Below the pieces are notes generated by a model. That model did no database searches. It had not been told where the DNA came from and saw only the letters and a program-made list of their open reading frames with translations. From Copranaerobaculum intestinale (GTDB lineage: Bacteria > Bacillota_I > Bacilli_A > Erysipelotrichales > Erysipelotrichaceae): a stretch of 32,000 bases of DNA. Positions 18,988 to 26,891 of this stretch are shown in pieces; positions within the stretch are counted from its first letter, which is position 1, and every line of letters starts with the position of its first letter. Both the position numbers and the translations under genes were made by a program. Location of the stretch: positions 510,001-542,000 of the forward strand of contig NZ_WUUQ01000001.1 in assembly GCF_009831105.1 (NCBI RefSeq), written 5' to 3'.

Positions 18988-19253
18988 CTTATGTTTAAAG
19001 TGTGATTTATATTGTAATGGCGGAAAAATGGCGGAAAATTATTTATTGATCAATTTATTATCGTGAAGGTGATATGCGTTGTGTTATCTTATTGCTAATC
19101 ATGAAAAAAGCAGACTATAGCCCTTTAAACAAAGAATACTTTTAAATTTTACCCGTCTCTCATATGTCGGTAATCTTATTCGGCAATCTTTTATTGTAGA
19201 TGTAGACTGGGTCTGGTATCATTACTGTGTTGACGACAAAAGGGTGAAATAAA

Positions 19254-20597
19254 TTGAATGTAAATCTGACAACGGGAAGCATCACCAAAAATTTGATAAG
19301 ATTTGCACTGCCGCTCATGGTGGGAAATCTGCTTCAGCAATTTTATAATATCGCAGATACATTCATTGTCGGCAGATTCATCGGAGCTGATGCGTTGGCT
19401 GCGGTTGGTTCTTCCTATACTCTTATGGTCTTTTTGACTTCAATCATATTGGGATTGTGCATGGGAAGCGGTTCCTATTTTTCAATCCTATATGGAAGAA
19501 AGCATTTTGAACGTCTAAAAAATAGCTTTTTCTTGTCCTTTCTTTTGATCGGTGCCATTGCTCTGATAATAAACATCGTTGTTTATACAGGCCTGGATTT
19601 TATTCTGCATCTGCTTCAAATCCCTTCTGGAATATATGATATGATGCGGGGCTATCTCTTTTATGTTCTTATGGGTATATCCGCAACCTTTTTATATAAT
19701 TATTTCTCGAACCTGTTGAGAGCGGTCGGAAATTCTTTTGTACCTTTAATTTTTCTGGCATTGTCCGCATTATTGAACATTGTTCTCGATCTTGTGTTTG
19801 TGCTGGTGTTTCATTGGGGCGTTAATGGAGCGGCGATTGCGACAATAGTATCGCAGTATGTTTCCGGTATTGGCATCATGATCTACTATTATTTTGGGTT
19901 CACAGAACTTCGTATTCAAAAATGCCACATGCATTGGGATTTTGCAGTTGTGAAAGAGATCAGCAGCTTCTCCTTTTTTACTTGTGTCCAGCAGTCCGTG
20001 ATGAATCTGGGTATTCTTGCTGTGCAGGGATTGGTTAATAGCTTCGGTACAGTGATAATGGCTGCCTTTGCGGCAGCGGTAAAAATTGACTCCTTCGCCT
20101 ATATGCCGGTTCAGGATTTCGGCAATGCTTTTTCCACCTTTGTTGCCCAGAACTATGGCGTCGGAAAAATTGACCGCATCCAGAAAGGGATTCGATCTTC
20201 TATCGTTTTAGTGATCGGTTTTTGTATGATTGTCAGTTTGGCTGTGTGTCTGCTTGCAGAACCGCTGATGAGTATTTTTATAGATCCGTCACATACGAGT
20301 GTCATAGCGGCAGGAGTGCAGTATCTGCGCATTGAGGCATCTTTCTATCTCGGCATCGGTATCCTGTTTATGTTTTACGGTTATTATCGTGCCGTAAGTA
20401 AACCAAAGCTGTCTGTGGTCTTAACCGTAATCTCCTTAGGAACAAGGGTACTGCTGGCTTATGTGCTTTCATCCATACCGCAGATTGGTGTATCCGGCAT
20501 CTGGATTGCGGTGCCGATCGGATGGATCCTTGCCGATATCGCTGGCGCTGTATACTATCAAAAGTATCGACAAGAAATGCAGGAACAGATAGCTTAA
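19254..20597 (+). CDS. MATE-family efflux transporter
   Basis: 447 aa, about 12 TM segments. The N-terminal signature is ITKNLIRFALPLMVGNLLQQFYNIADTFIVGRFIGADALAAVG. TTG start, with SD AAAGGGTGA about 7 nt upstream. Confidence 0.9.
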   Translation: MNVNLTTGSITKNLIRFALPLMVGNLLQQFYNIADTFIVGRFIGADALAAVGSSYTLMVFLTSIILGLCMGSGSYFSILYGRKHFERLKNSFFLSFLLIGAIALIINIVVYTGLDFILHLLQIPSGIYDMMRGYLFYVLMGISATFLYNYFSNLLRAVGNSFVPLIFLALSALLNIVLDLVFVLVFHWGVNGAAIATIVSQYVSGIGIMIYYYFGFTELRIQKCHMHWDFAVVKEISSFSFFTCVQQSVMNLGILAVQGLVNSFGTVIMAAFAAAVKIDSFAYMPVQDFGNAFSTFVAQNYGVGKIDRIQKGIRSSIVLVIGFCMIVSLAVCLLAEPLMSIFIDPSHTSVIAAGVQYLRIEASFYLGIGILFMFYGYYRAVSKPKLSVVLTVISLGTRVLLAYVLSSIPQIGVSGIWIAVPIGWILADIAGAVYYQKYRQEMQEQIA

Positions 20598-20828
20598 AAG
20601 GGGCATTACGGTGAATAATTTTGGAAGTATTCAAACGAGGATTGCCGAACTGTCGCCATTGTGCTGATCAATCTGATCATGCACTAAGGCTGATCTTTCA
20701 AAGATATCTACAGTTTGAAAGCGATGTATGGTGGAAATCAGAAAATAAATATACATTGATTTACGGAAATAAAATTTAAGTAAGAATTATGGTATACTGG
20801 AATCAATAATCAGAAATGAGGGGTTTAT

Positions 20829-21158
20829 ATGGCAACGACACAGGACTTTATTGAATTTGTTTGTGATCAGATACGCGGCAGCGGAATGATACGCTATCGG
20901 AAAATGTTTGGTGAGTATATGGTATATGTGAACGATAAACCAATCCTGCTTGTCTGCGACAACACGGTTTATGTAAAACAGTTGGATGCTGTTTCTTCCC
21001 TCATGAAGCATGCAGATACAGCCGTTCCGTATGCTGGTGCGAAAGAACATTATATTCTGGATATCGAAAATCGGACACTGGCTGTTCAGATAGTTGAAAT
21101 ATTGGAGCCGATCACCGCTCTTCCCAAATCAAAAAGGAAATCTAATCAGCGCGTATGA
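20829..21158 (+). CDS. TfoX N-terminal-domain protein (stand-alone)
   Basis: 109 aa. IRYRKMFGEYMVYVNDKPILLVCDNTVYVKQ matches the TfoX_N core (MFG.Y..Y...K....I.D..LY.K). SD GAGGGG. An extended -10 TGgTATACT lies at 20798-20806. Confidence 0.8.
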   Translation: MATTQDFIEFVCDQIRGSGMIRYRKMFGEYMVYVNDKPILLVCDNTVYVKQLDAVSSLMKHADTAVPYAGAKEHYILDIENRTLAVQIVEILEPITALPKSKRKSNQRV

Positions 21159-21391
21159 AAAACAGCGTATAATCTATATGTCAATTATAGGAAAGCCGAC
21201 TACGACTTTTTTATGGAATTTAAGATGTCCCTTCTTGATGATGAAGCATAGGAAAAGTTTAACTTATACGATCCTGCCCGATGGGTGTCTGCTGTAAACA
21301 TACAGTATTAGAAAATATTGGAAAACAAAAGCGCAGACGATGTATAAATCATGCATTTTGGTACACACTATATGCAGTGGAGGTATGAAGT

Positions 21392-21595
21392 ATGAAAACA
21401 TTAAACTATATAGCGTTGTGTATTACCATTATCGGAGCGGTAAACTGGGGCCTGATCGGTTTATTTGATTTCAATCTGGTTGCTTTCCTGTTTGGAACAG
21501 GCTGGCTGGCGCGAATCATCTATATCGTAGTAGGAATCTGTGGTTTGTATCTCTTATCGTTCTTCTCAATGATCAGTAACGACCGCTCAATGTAG
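21392..21595 (+). CDS. DUF378-family small membrane protein
   Basis: 67 aa. IALCITIIGAVNWGLIGLFDFNLVAFLFG is the DUF378 signature (G..NWGL.G...F.LV..LFG). SD GGAGG. Confidence 0.85.
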   Translation: MKTLNYIALCITIIGAVNWGLIGLFDFNLVAFLFGTGWLARIIYIVVGICGLYLLSFFSMISNDRSM

Positions 21596-21605
21596 AGGCA
21601 GGTAT

Positions 21606-21644
21606 AAAAAAGTCTTCGGCAAGGAAAGCTTGAAGGCTTTTTTT
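21606..21644. terminator. Bidirectional terminator between the DUF378 gene and the convergent pilin-like gene
   Basis: An A-run (21606-21611), stem agtcttc (21611-21617) / gaaggct (21632-21638) with one G-U pair, then a T7 run (21638-21644). Confidence 0.7.
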
Positions 21645-21646
21645 GT

Positions 21647-22471
21647 TTATTCGTTTTTCCAATCGACATTTCCTAGATCAAAAACCGGATATGTAACCGG
21701 ATTTCCGTCTTTATCTTTTTCTGTTTTACTGACCACTGGTACGGTGGCTTTTTTTATGGTTGGCGCTTTGGAGAAATCAGAACTGTTACCGTAATCGTAT
21801 TGAATCACTTCCACGGTTTTGCCAATACTATCCTTTGACAATTTTTCCATACTGATCGTAATCGTATTACTGCTGCCGCCGTATTTTTTGTAAATGCGGT
21901 AGCTGAAGCTGTCTGTATTGAATCCCCATGATTCAAACAGCTCTTTCAGTTCTTTTCCGGTATTGGGCCCTTCAGAATCAAGCCGCTCCGGATGACTGCC
22001 AAGTGAGAAGTACCGATTGATAACACTCAGAAAATCATCGCTCAGCAGGGTATCGCGTATCTGTTCAGAGCTGTGTCCTGATGGTGCCTTATCCAAAATC
22101 GTGAATTCTTTTTTCACATCATGATAGCTGACGTATTTTCCATTGATCTGAACGACAAAGTCACCGCAGCTTGTCCGGCTTTGATTTAAGGAGATTGAAA
22201 TCAGCTTACCATCGATATTTGCTTTCTCCATGATTTCCTTATGAATATCAGAATCAGTTGGTAAGGATGCCAGTTTACCCCGTGCGTTCAATTTTGTTGC
22301 CTCAGCCTTGCCGGCAACCAGTACATTATGCGCTTCTGCGATGAGTTCTGATTCCCGCGCCTTATTCACATAACCGATCATCGATGGTATAGAAATTGCC
22401 GCCAGAATCGCTAGGATCAGCAGTACAACTATGATTTCCACTAATGTAAAGCCATTTTTCTTTTTGATCAT
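21647..22471 (-). CDS. Type IV pilin-like / pseudopilin protein with prepilin N-terminal cleavage-methylation motif and a large unassigned C-terminal domain
   Basis: The N-terminus MIKKKNG-FTLVEIIVVLLILAILAAISIP is a class III signal peptide (G/FTLVE with Glu at +5) followed by the hydrophobic alpha1 helix. The remaining ~235 aa match no family I recognise. SD GAGAGG. Confidence 0.8.
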   Translation of the reverse strand: MIKKKNGFTLVEIIVVLLILAILAAISIPSMIGYVNKARESELIAEAHNVLVAGKAEATKLNARGKLASLPTDSDIHKEIMEKANIDGKLISISLNQSRTSCGDFVVQINGKYVSYHDVKKEFTILDKAPSGHSSEQIRDTLLSDDFLSVINRYFSLGSHPERLDSEGPNTGKELKELFESWGFNTDSFSYRIYKKYGGSSNTITISMEKLSKDSIGKTVEVIQYDYGNSSDFSKAPTIKKATVPVVSKTEKDKDGNPVTYPVFDLGNVDWKNE

Positions 22472-22653
22472 GACGTACCTCTCTGTATCCTTATTATAGC
22501 GTATATTTTGTATGATGAAGAGAGAATTGAAGAATTGTAATGTTTTTTTTCGATTTTCTTGTAAACGAAGTGTGAATTTATGGGATTCTTTGCTTTTGGT
22601 TTCCTTTTTGTAAAAAAGGGTTATAATGAAAGATATAAGAAGGAGGAATGTCT

Positions 22654-22902
22654 GTGAAGAAATTTGTGAAAGCTGCGTTGGTAGCCGGAACCGCCGCTGC
22701 GGCCATTTCCGCTGTTTCTACCTACCGTCAGTACCATAAAATGAAGCTGATGGAAAAGAAGCTGGAAGAGCTTCCGCTCCATCGTTTAAAGAAAAGTATG
22801 GCAACGATTCATCGGGATGAAGAAAAGACGGTTATTGAAGTGCCAAAGGAAACTACATTCCTTGATCGGGTGAGAATGTCCGCACATATTTTAATTCCAT
22901 AG
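22654..22902 (+). CDS. Hypothetical small protein with an N-terminal hydrophobic/Ala-rich helix
   Basis: The track ORF starts at ATG 22648, but AGGAGG (22641-22646) is only 1 nt from it. GTG 22654 has 7-nt spacing, so I prefer it. Sequence: (M)KKFVKAALVAGTAAAAISAVSTYRQYHKMKL... TATAAT lies at 22622-22627. Confidence 0.45.
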   Translation: MKKFVKAALVAGTAAAAISAVSTYRQYHKMKLMEKKLEELPLHRLKKSMATIHRDEEKTVIEVPKETTFLDRVRMSAHILIP

Positions 22903-22910
22903 CAGTAGTA

Positions 22911-22947
22911 AAAGGCAGATTCTGGAAAAAGGATATGCCTTTTATTT
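22911..22947 (+). terminator. Rho-independent terminator
   Basis: Stem aaaggca(gattc) / (ggat)atgccttt with a T-run (22940-22943, then ATTTT). Confidence 0.65.
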
Positions 22948-23040
22948 TGATAAATTGTAATAATTAATACAGTTTATTTAATAAATATTATAAAAGTAAA
23001 TTTTGTCTATTTGTTCGTCAAAACTTTCCATACGATTCAG

Positions 23041-23069
23041 TTGAAAAGGATTATATGCTGTGCTATTAT
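23041..23069 (+). promoter_or_regulatory. Candidate promoter of the nrdG-nrdD operon
   Basis: TTGAAA (23041-23046), 17-nt spacer, TATTAT (23064-23069). An alternative TATAAT lies at 23070-23075. Confidence 0.4.
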
Positions 23070-23076
23070 TATAATG

Positions 23077-23090
23077 GTTGAAAGGTCAAC
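23077..23090. promoter_or_regulatory. Inverted repeat GTTGA-N4-TCAAC just downstream of the -10; candidate operator
   Basis: gttgaaaggtcaac read directly. A related half-site, GTTGAAAAGG, overlaps the -35 at 23040-23049. Confidence 0.3.
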
Positions 23091-23109
23091 TAATTACAAG
23101 GAGGTAAGC

Positions 23110-24252
23110 ATGGACAGCAGTAATACGATGATGATGAATAATTCCATTCTATATCGCTGTACGCAGAAGTATTTGGATAAGCAGCTGCTGGATACCCAGC
23201 TTGGCTCCGGTCAGTTGATCTATCTGATGCTGATTTATGAGAATGAAGGAATCAGCATGCAGACACTTGCGGTGATGGGGTGCTTTGACAAGGGAACGAT
23301 TACCAAGGGAGTACAGAAGCTGGAGGAGCTTGGTTATGTTACTACCCGGGCAAGCCAGCAGGATAAGCGGGTTCGCTGTTTATATACAACGGAAAAGACT
23401 AAGGCAATTATCGGAAAGATATATTTGATGCGCAGAGAGTGGTGGGAACGCCTAACGAAGAATCTAACACAGCAGGAAAGTGAAGAATTTGACCGATTAC
23501 AGGCAAAGATCGTAGAAAACGCTCGTCGGTATGAAGAGGATGATGAGGATACTGTGAAGCTGTTTGGACTTCAAAAGCTGACGTTGTTGGATTATCCGGG
23601 GAAGATGGCTTGTACGATTTTTACCGGTGGCTGTAATTATCGCTGTCCATTCTGCCATAATGCCGATTTGGTATTTCTTCCAGAAAATACAGCGGAGATT
23701 CCGCAGGAGGATGTGCTGAAGTTTTTAAAAAAACGACAGGGAATTTTAGAGGGTGTCTGTGTCAGCGGGGGTGAACCGCTGCTTCAGAAACACATTGATG
23801 GATTCTTACGAAAAATAAAGGAATTGGGTTATCCGGTGAAAATAGATACAAACGGCACCAATCCGAAACGGCTGAAGGAATTGATTGATGCCGGCTTGGT
23901 TGATTATGTGGCGATGGACATTAAAAATTCACCGGAGCGTTATGCGGAAACAATCGGTCTTAACACATATAATCTGGAACCGGTAAAAGAAAGTGTTCAG
24001 CTGCTGATGAACGGAAATATACCTTATGAATTTCGTACAACGGTGGTCAAAGAGCTTCATGATGAAGCTTCCATCAGGGCAATGGGAGAGTGGCTGAGAG
24101 GCGCTTCAGCACTGTATTTGCAGTCATATGTGGACAGTGAACGGGTGATTCGGCCAGGACTTCACGCTCATGAAAAAGAAACCATGAAACAGTTCCAAGA
24201 GTTATTGCGTTTATATATTCCAAATACGCAGGTGCGTGGGATAGAGATATAG
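23110..24252 (+). CDS. nrdG: Fusion protein: N-terminal MarR-family winged-helix domain + anaerobic ribonucleotide reductase activating enzyme (NrdG, radical SAM)
   Basis: I place the start at ATG 23110 (SD AAGGAGG). The MarR-like wHTH is ISMQTLAVMGCFDKGTITKGVQKLEELGYVTTRASQQDKRVRCLYTTEKTKAI. An acidic linker EEDDEDT follows. The NrdG core is LTLLDYPGKMACTIFTGGCNYRCPFCHN (CX3CX2C), plus GVCVSGGEPL and VKIDTNGTNP. Confidence 0.85.
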   Translation: MDSSNTMMMNNSILYRCTQKYLDKQLLDTQLGSGQLIYLMLIYENEGISMQTLAVMGCFDKGTITKGVQKLEELGYVTTRASQQDKRVRCLYTTEKTKAIIGKIYLMRREWWERLTKNLTQQESEEFDRLQAKIVENARRYEEDDEDTVKLFGLQKLTLLDYPGKMACTIFTGGCNYRCPFCHNADLVFLPENTAEIPQEDVLKFLKKRQGILEGVCVSGGEPLLQKHIDGFLRKIKELGYPVKIDTNGTNPKRLKELIDAGLVDYVAMDIKNSPERYAETIGLNTYNLEPVKESVQLLMNGNIPYEFRTTVVKELHDEASIRAMGEWLRGASALYLQSYVDSERVIRPGLHAHEKETMKQFQELLRLYIPNTQVRGIEI

Positions 24253-24265
24253 AAAGGAAGAATGA

Positions 24266-26650
24266 ATGACTATGTATAAGGTAATTAAAAGAGACGGGAA
24301 AACGCTGGATTTTGATATCACAAAAATTAGCAGCGCGATTACCAAGGCATTTGAAGCACAGGAGAAACAGTATCATCCAAGTATTATCGATATGCTCGCC
24401 CTGCGTGTAACAGCAGATTTCGAACCAAAGATCAAGGATGGCAAAATCGCCGTAGAGGATATTCAGGATTCGGTTGAATCGGTATTGATTCAAGCAGATT
24501 ATGCGGATGTTGCGAAAGCGTATATCCTATACCGTAAACAGCGCGAAAAAGTAAGAAATATGAAGTCAACGATCCTGGACTATAAAGAACTGGTTGACAG
24601 CTATGTGAAGTCTATTGATTGGCGAGTAAAGGAAAATTCTACTGTAACATATTCTGTCGGTGGTTTAATTTTAAGCAACAGCGGTGCGATAACTGCTAAC
24701 TACTGGCTGTCGGAGATCTATGATGAAGAAGTTGCGAATGCTCATCGCAACGGGGATATTCATATTCATGATCTTTCCATGCTGACAGGATATTGTGCCG
24801 GATGGTCACTGAAGCAGCTGATACAGGAGGGCTTGGGCGGTATCACCGGTAAAATTACTTCTAAGCCGGCCTCTCATCTGGCAACGCTTTGTAATCAGAT
24901 GGTAAACTTCTTAGGCATAATGCAGAATGAATGGGCTGGCGCACAGGCATTCTCATCCTTTGATACGTATTTGGCTCCGTTCGTTAAGGTGGATAATCTG
25001 CCCTATGATCAGGTGAAAAAATGTGTAGAATCCTTCATTTACGGGGTGAATACACCGAGTCGCTGGGGCACGCAGGCGCCGTTTTCGAATATTACATTAG
25101 ACTGGGTCGTTCCGAACGATTTGGGAGAATTAAATGCCATTGTCGGCGGTAAAGAGATGGATTTCCGTTATAAGGATTGTCAGAAAGAAATGGATATGGT
25201 AAACAAAGCCTTCATCGAAATTATGATCGAGGGTGATGCCAATGGACGCGGATTCCAATATCCGATTCCGACATATTCCATTACCAAAGATTTCGATTGG
25301 TCAGATAATGAAAATAATCGGCTGCTGTTTGAAATGACAGCGAAATACGGTACACCTTATTTCTCTAATTATGTAAACAGTGATATGGAGCCGAGTGATG
25401 TACGCAGCATGTGCTGCCGACTGCGTTTAGACCTGCGGGAACTGCGCCGTAAATCCGGTGGTTTCTTTGGCAGCGGTGAAAGCACGGGATCTGTTGGTGT
25501 CGTTACCATCAATATGCCGCGCATTGCTTATTTGGCGAAAAATGAACAGGATTTCTATAATCGTCTCGATCGCTTGATGGATGTATCTGCACGTTCCCTG
25601 AAGGTAAAGCGAACGATTATCACAAAACTGCTGAATGAAGGATTGTATCCTTATACAAAGCGGTATTTAGGTACCTTTGATAACCACTTCTCTACGATCG
25701 GGCTGATCGGTATGAATGAAGTAGGACTGAATGCCAACTGGCTGGGAAAAGATCTGACCCATAAAGAAACTCAGGAATTTGCAAAAGCAGTCTTAAATCA
25801 TATGCGTGAACGTTTGGTGATCTATCAGGAGGAATACGGCGATCTGTATAATCTGGAAGCAACACCGGCAGAATCTACGACGTATCGTTTTGCTAAGCAT
25901 GATGTAGAGCAGTATCCGGATATCATTACCGCAACGGAGAATGGGAATACACCGTACTATACAAACAGTTCTCATCTTCCAGTGGGCTTTACTGAGGATA
26001 TCTTTGATGCTTTGGATGTACAGGATGAACTGCAAACACTGTATACCTCAGGTACAGTATTCCATGCCTTTTTAGGTGAGAAGCTGCCGACCTGGGACGC
26101 TGCCGCATCCTTGGTTCGTAAGATTGCCAGCAATTACAAGCTGCCTTACTATACACTGTCACCTACCTATTCTATTTGTAAGAATCACGGCTATCTGGCG
26201 GGTGAACAGTATACGTGTCCGCATTGCGGAGAAGTAACTGAAGTGTATAGTCGTATTACCGGTTACTATCGTCCGGTTCAGAACTGGAATGCCGGAAAAT
26301 CTCAAGAGTTTAAAGAGCGTAAGGTTTATGACATCGGACATTCCATCCTAAAAGGAAAGGGTGCTCTTACCGATTGTGAAAGCGCACCTGAAGAAACCGT
26401 AAATGCGCAGCGCGGGGACAAGATACTTTTGTTTAAGACGAAAACATGTCCTAACTGTAAGATCGCAGAGAAGCTGCTGAGTGATGCGGGCATTGAATAC
26501 CAGACCATAGATGCTCAGGAAAATGAAGAGCTGACTCGGCAGTATGATGTTATGCAGGCGCCGACCCTAGTTGTATTGAATGATGAGAATGTATCAAAAT
26601 TCAGTAATGCTTCCAATATCCGAAAATATATTGATGAAGCAGGAAAATAA
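24266..26650 (+). CDS. nrdD: Anaerobic (class III) ribonucleoside-triphosphate reductase NrdD with N-terminal ATP-cone and C-terminal glutaredoxin-like extension
   Basis: ATP-cone: MYKVIKRDGKTLDFDITKI...AKAYILYRKQRE. Thiyl-radical loop: DVRSMCCRLRLD. Zn site: CKNH...CPHCG. Glycyl-radical motif: SRITGYYRPVQNWNAGK. An extra C-terminal 78 aa follows: DKILLFKTKTCPNCKIAEKLL...QAPTLVVL. Confidence 0.95.
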   Translation: MTMYKVIKRDGKTLDFDITKISSAITKAFEAQEKQYHPSIIDMLALRVTADFEPKIKDGKIAVEDIQDSVESVLIQADYADVAKAYILYRKQREKVRNMKSTILDYKELVDSYVKSIDWRVKENSTVTYSVGGLILSNSGAITANYWLSEIYDEEVANAHRNGDIHIHDLSMLTGYCAGWSLKQLIQEGLGGITGKITSKPASHLATLCNQMVNFLGIMQNEWAGAQAFSSFDTYLAPFVKVDNLPYDQVKKCVESFIYGVNTPSRWGTQAPFSNITLDWVVPNDLGELNAIVGGKEMDFRYKDCQKEMDMVNKAFIEIMIEGDANGRGFQYPIPTYSITKDFDWSDNENNRLLFEMTAKYGTPYFSNYVNSDMEPSDVRSMCCRLRLDLRELRRKSGGFFGSGESTGSVGVVTINMPRIAYLAKNEQDFYNRLDRLMDVSARSLKVKRTIITKLLNEGLYPYTKRYLGTFDNHFSTIGLIGMNEVGLNANWLGKDLTHKETQEFAKAVLNHMRERLVIYQEEYGDLYNLEATPAESTTYRFAKHDVEQYPDIITATENGNTPYYTNSSHLPVGFTEDIFDALDVQDELQTLYTSGTVFHAFLGEKLPTWDAAASLVRKIASNYKLPYYTLSPTYSICKNHGYLAGEQYTCPHCGEVTEVYSRITGYYRPVQNWNAGKSQEFKERKVYDIGHSILKGKGALTDCESAPEETVNAQRGDKILLFKTKTCPNCKIAEKLLSDAGIEYQTIDAQENEELTRQYDVMQAPTLVVLNDENVSKFSNASNIRKYIDEAGK

Positions 26651-26675
26651 AAAAACGGGAGATTTCCCGTTTTTA
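26651..26675 (+). terminator. Rho-independent terminator after nrdD
   Basis: Stem aacggga / tcccgtt with loop GATT, flanked by an A-run and a T-run. Confidence 0.9.
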
Positions 26676-26891
26676 TATGCAATTTCTGTAAGTCTGAATC
26701 CTGGATATCAATGTAAACGGCTGATTTAAAAATTTAATTCAGCAACGTATATGCTTTTACACCGATTTATATCGGTATATACGGAAATTTGTAGCTTCTG
26801 AAAATCTATCCGATTATGAACATTGCTTTGGTAAAAGTGTTTTATATTGTTTTTTCAAATTTATTATCTATGCTTATTTCAACCTCATTTA

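Noticed and set aside
18953-19253. Genomic island or prophage integrated at the tmRNA 3' end
   Set aside because: No integrase gene and no direct repeat of the ssrA 3' end were seen anywhere downstream in the window. Only short local tandem duplications are present, and these are reported separately at low interest.
20695-20721. Hairpin CTTTCAAA-N11-TTTGAAAG downstream of the MATE gene as its terminator
   Set aside because: The 8-bp stem is perfect, but no T-run follows on either strand, so the terminator call is unsupported. Its function is unknown.
21094-21297. 67-aa + strand ORF overlapping the 3' end of the TfoX_N gene
   Set aside because: It has no SD, overlaps a supported gene out of frame, and gives an uninformative translation.
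23011-23109. Track start of nrdG at 23011
   Set aside because: That start would translate through the promoter and operator region. ATG 23110 follows AAGGAGG at ideal spacing.
22950-23109. NrdR boxes upstream of nrdG-nrdD
   Set aside because: By eye I found no pair of ACAC-N-ATAT-N-GTGT-type 16-bp palindromes. A formal PWM scan would be needed to exclude them.
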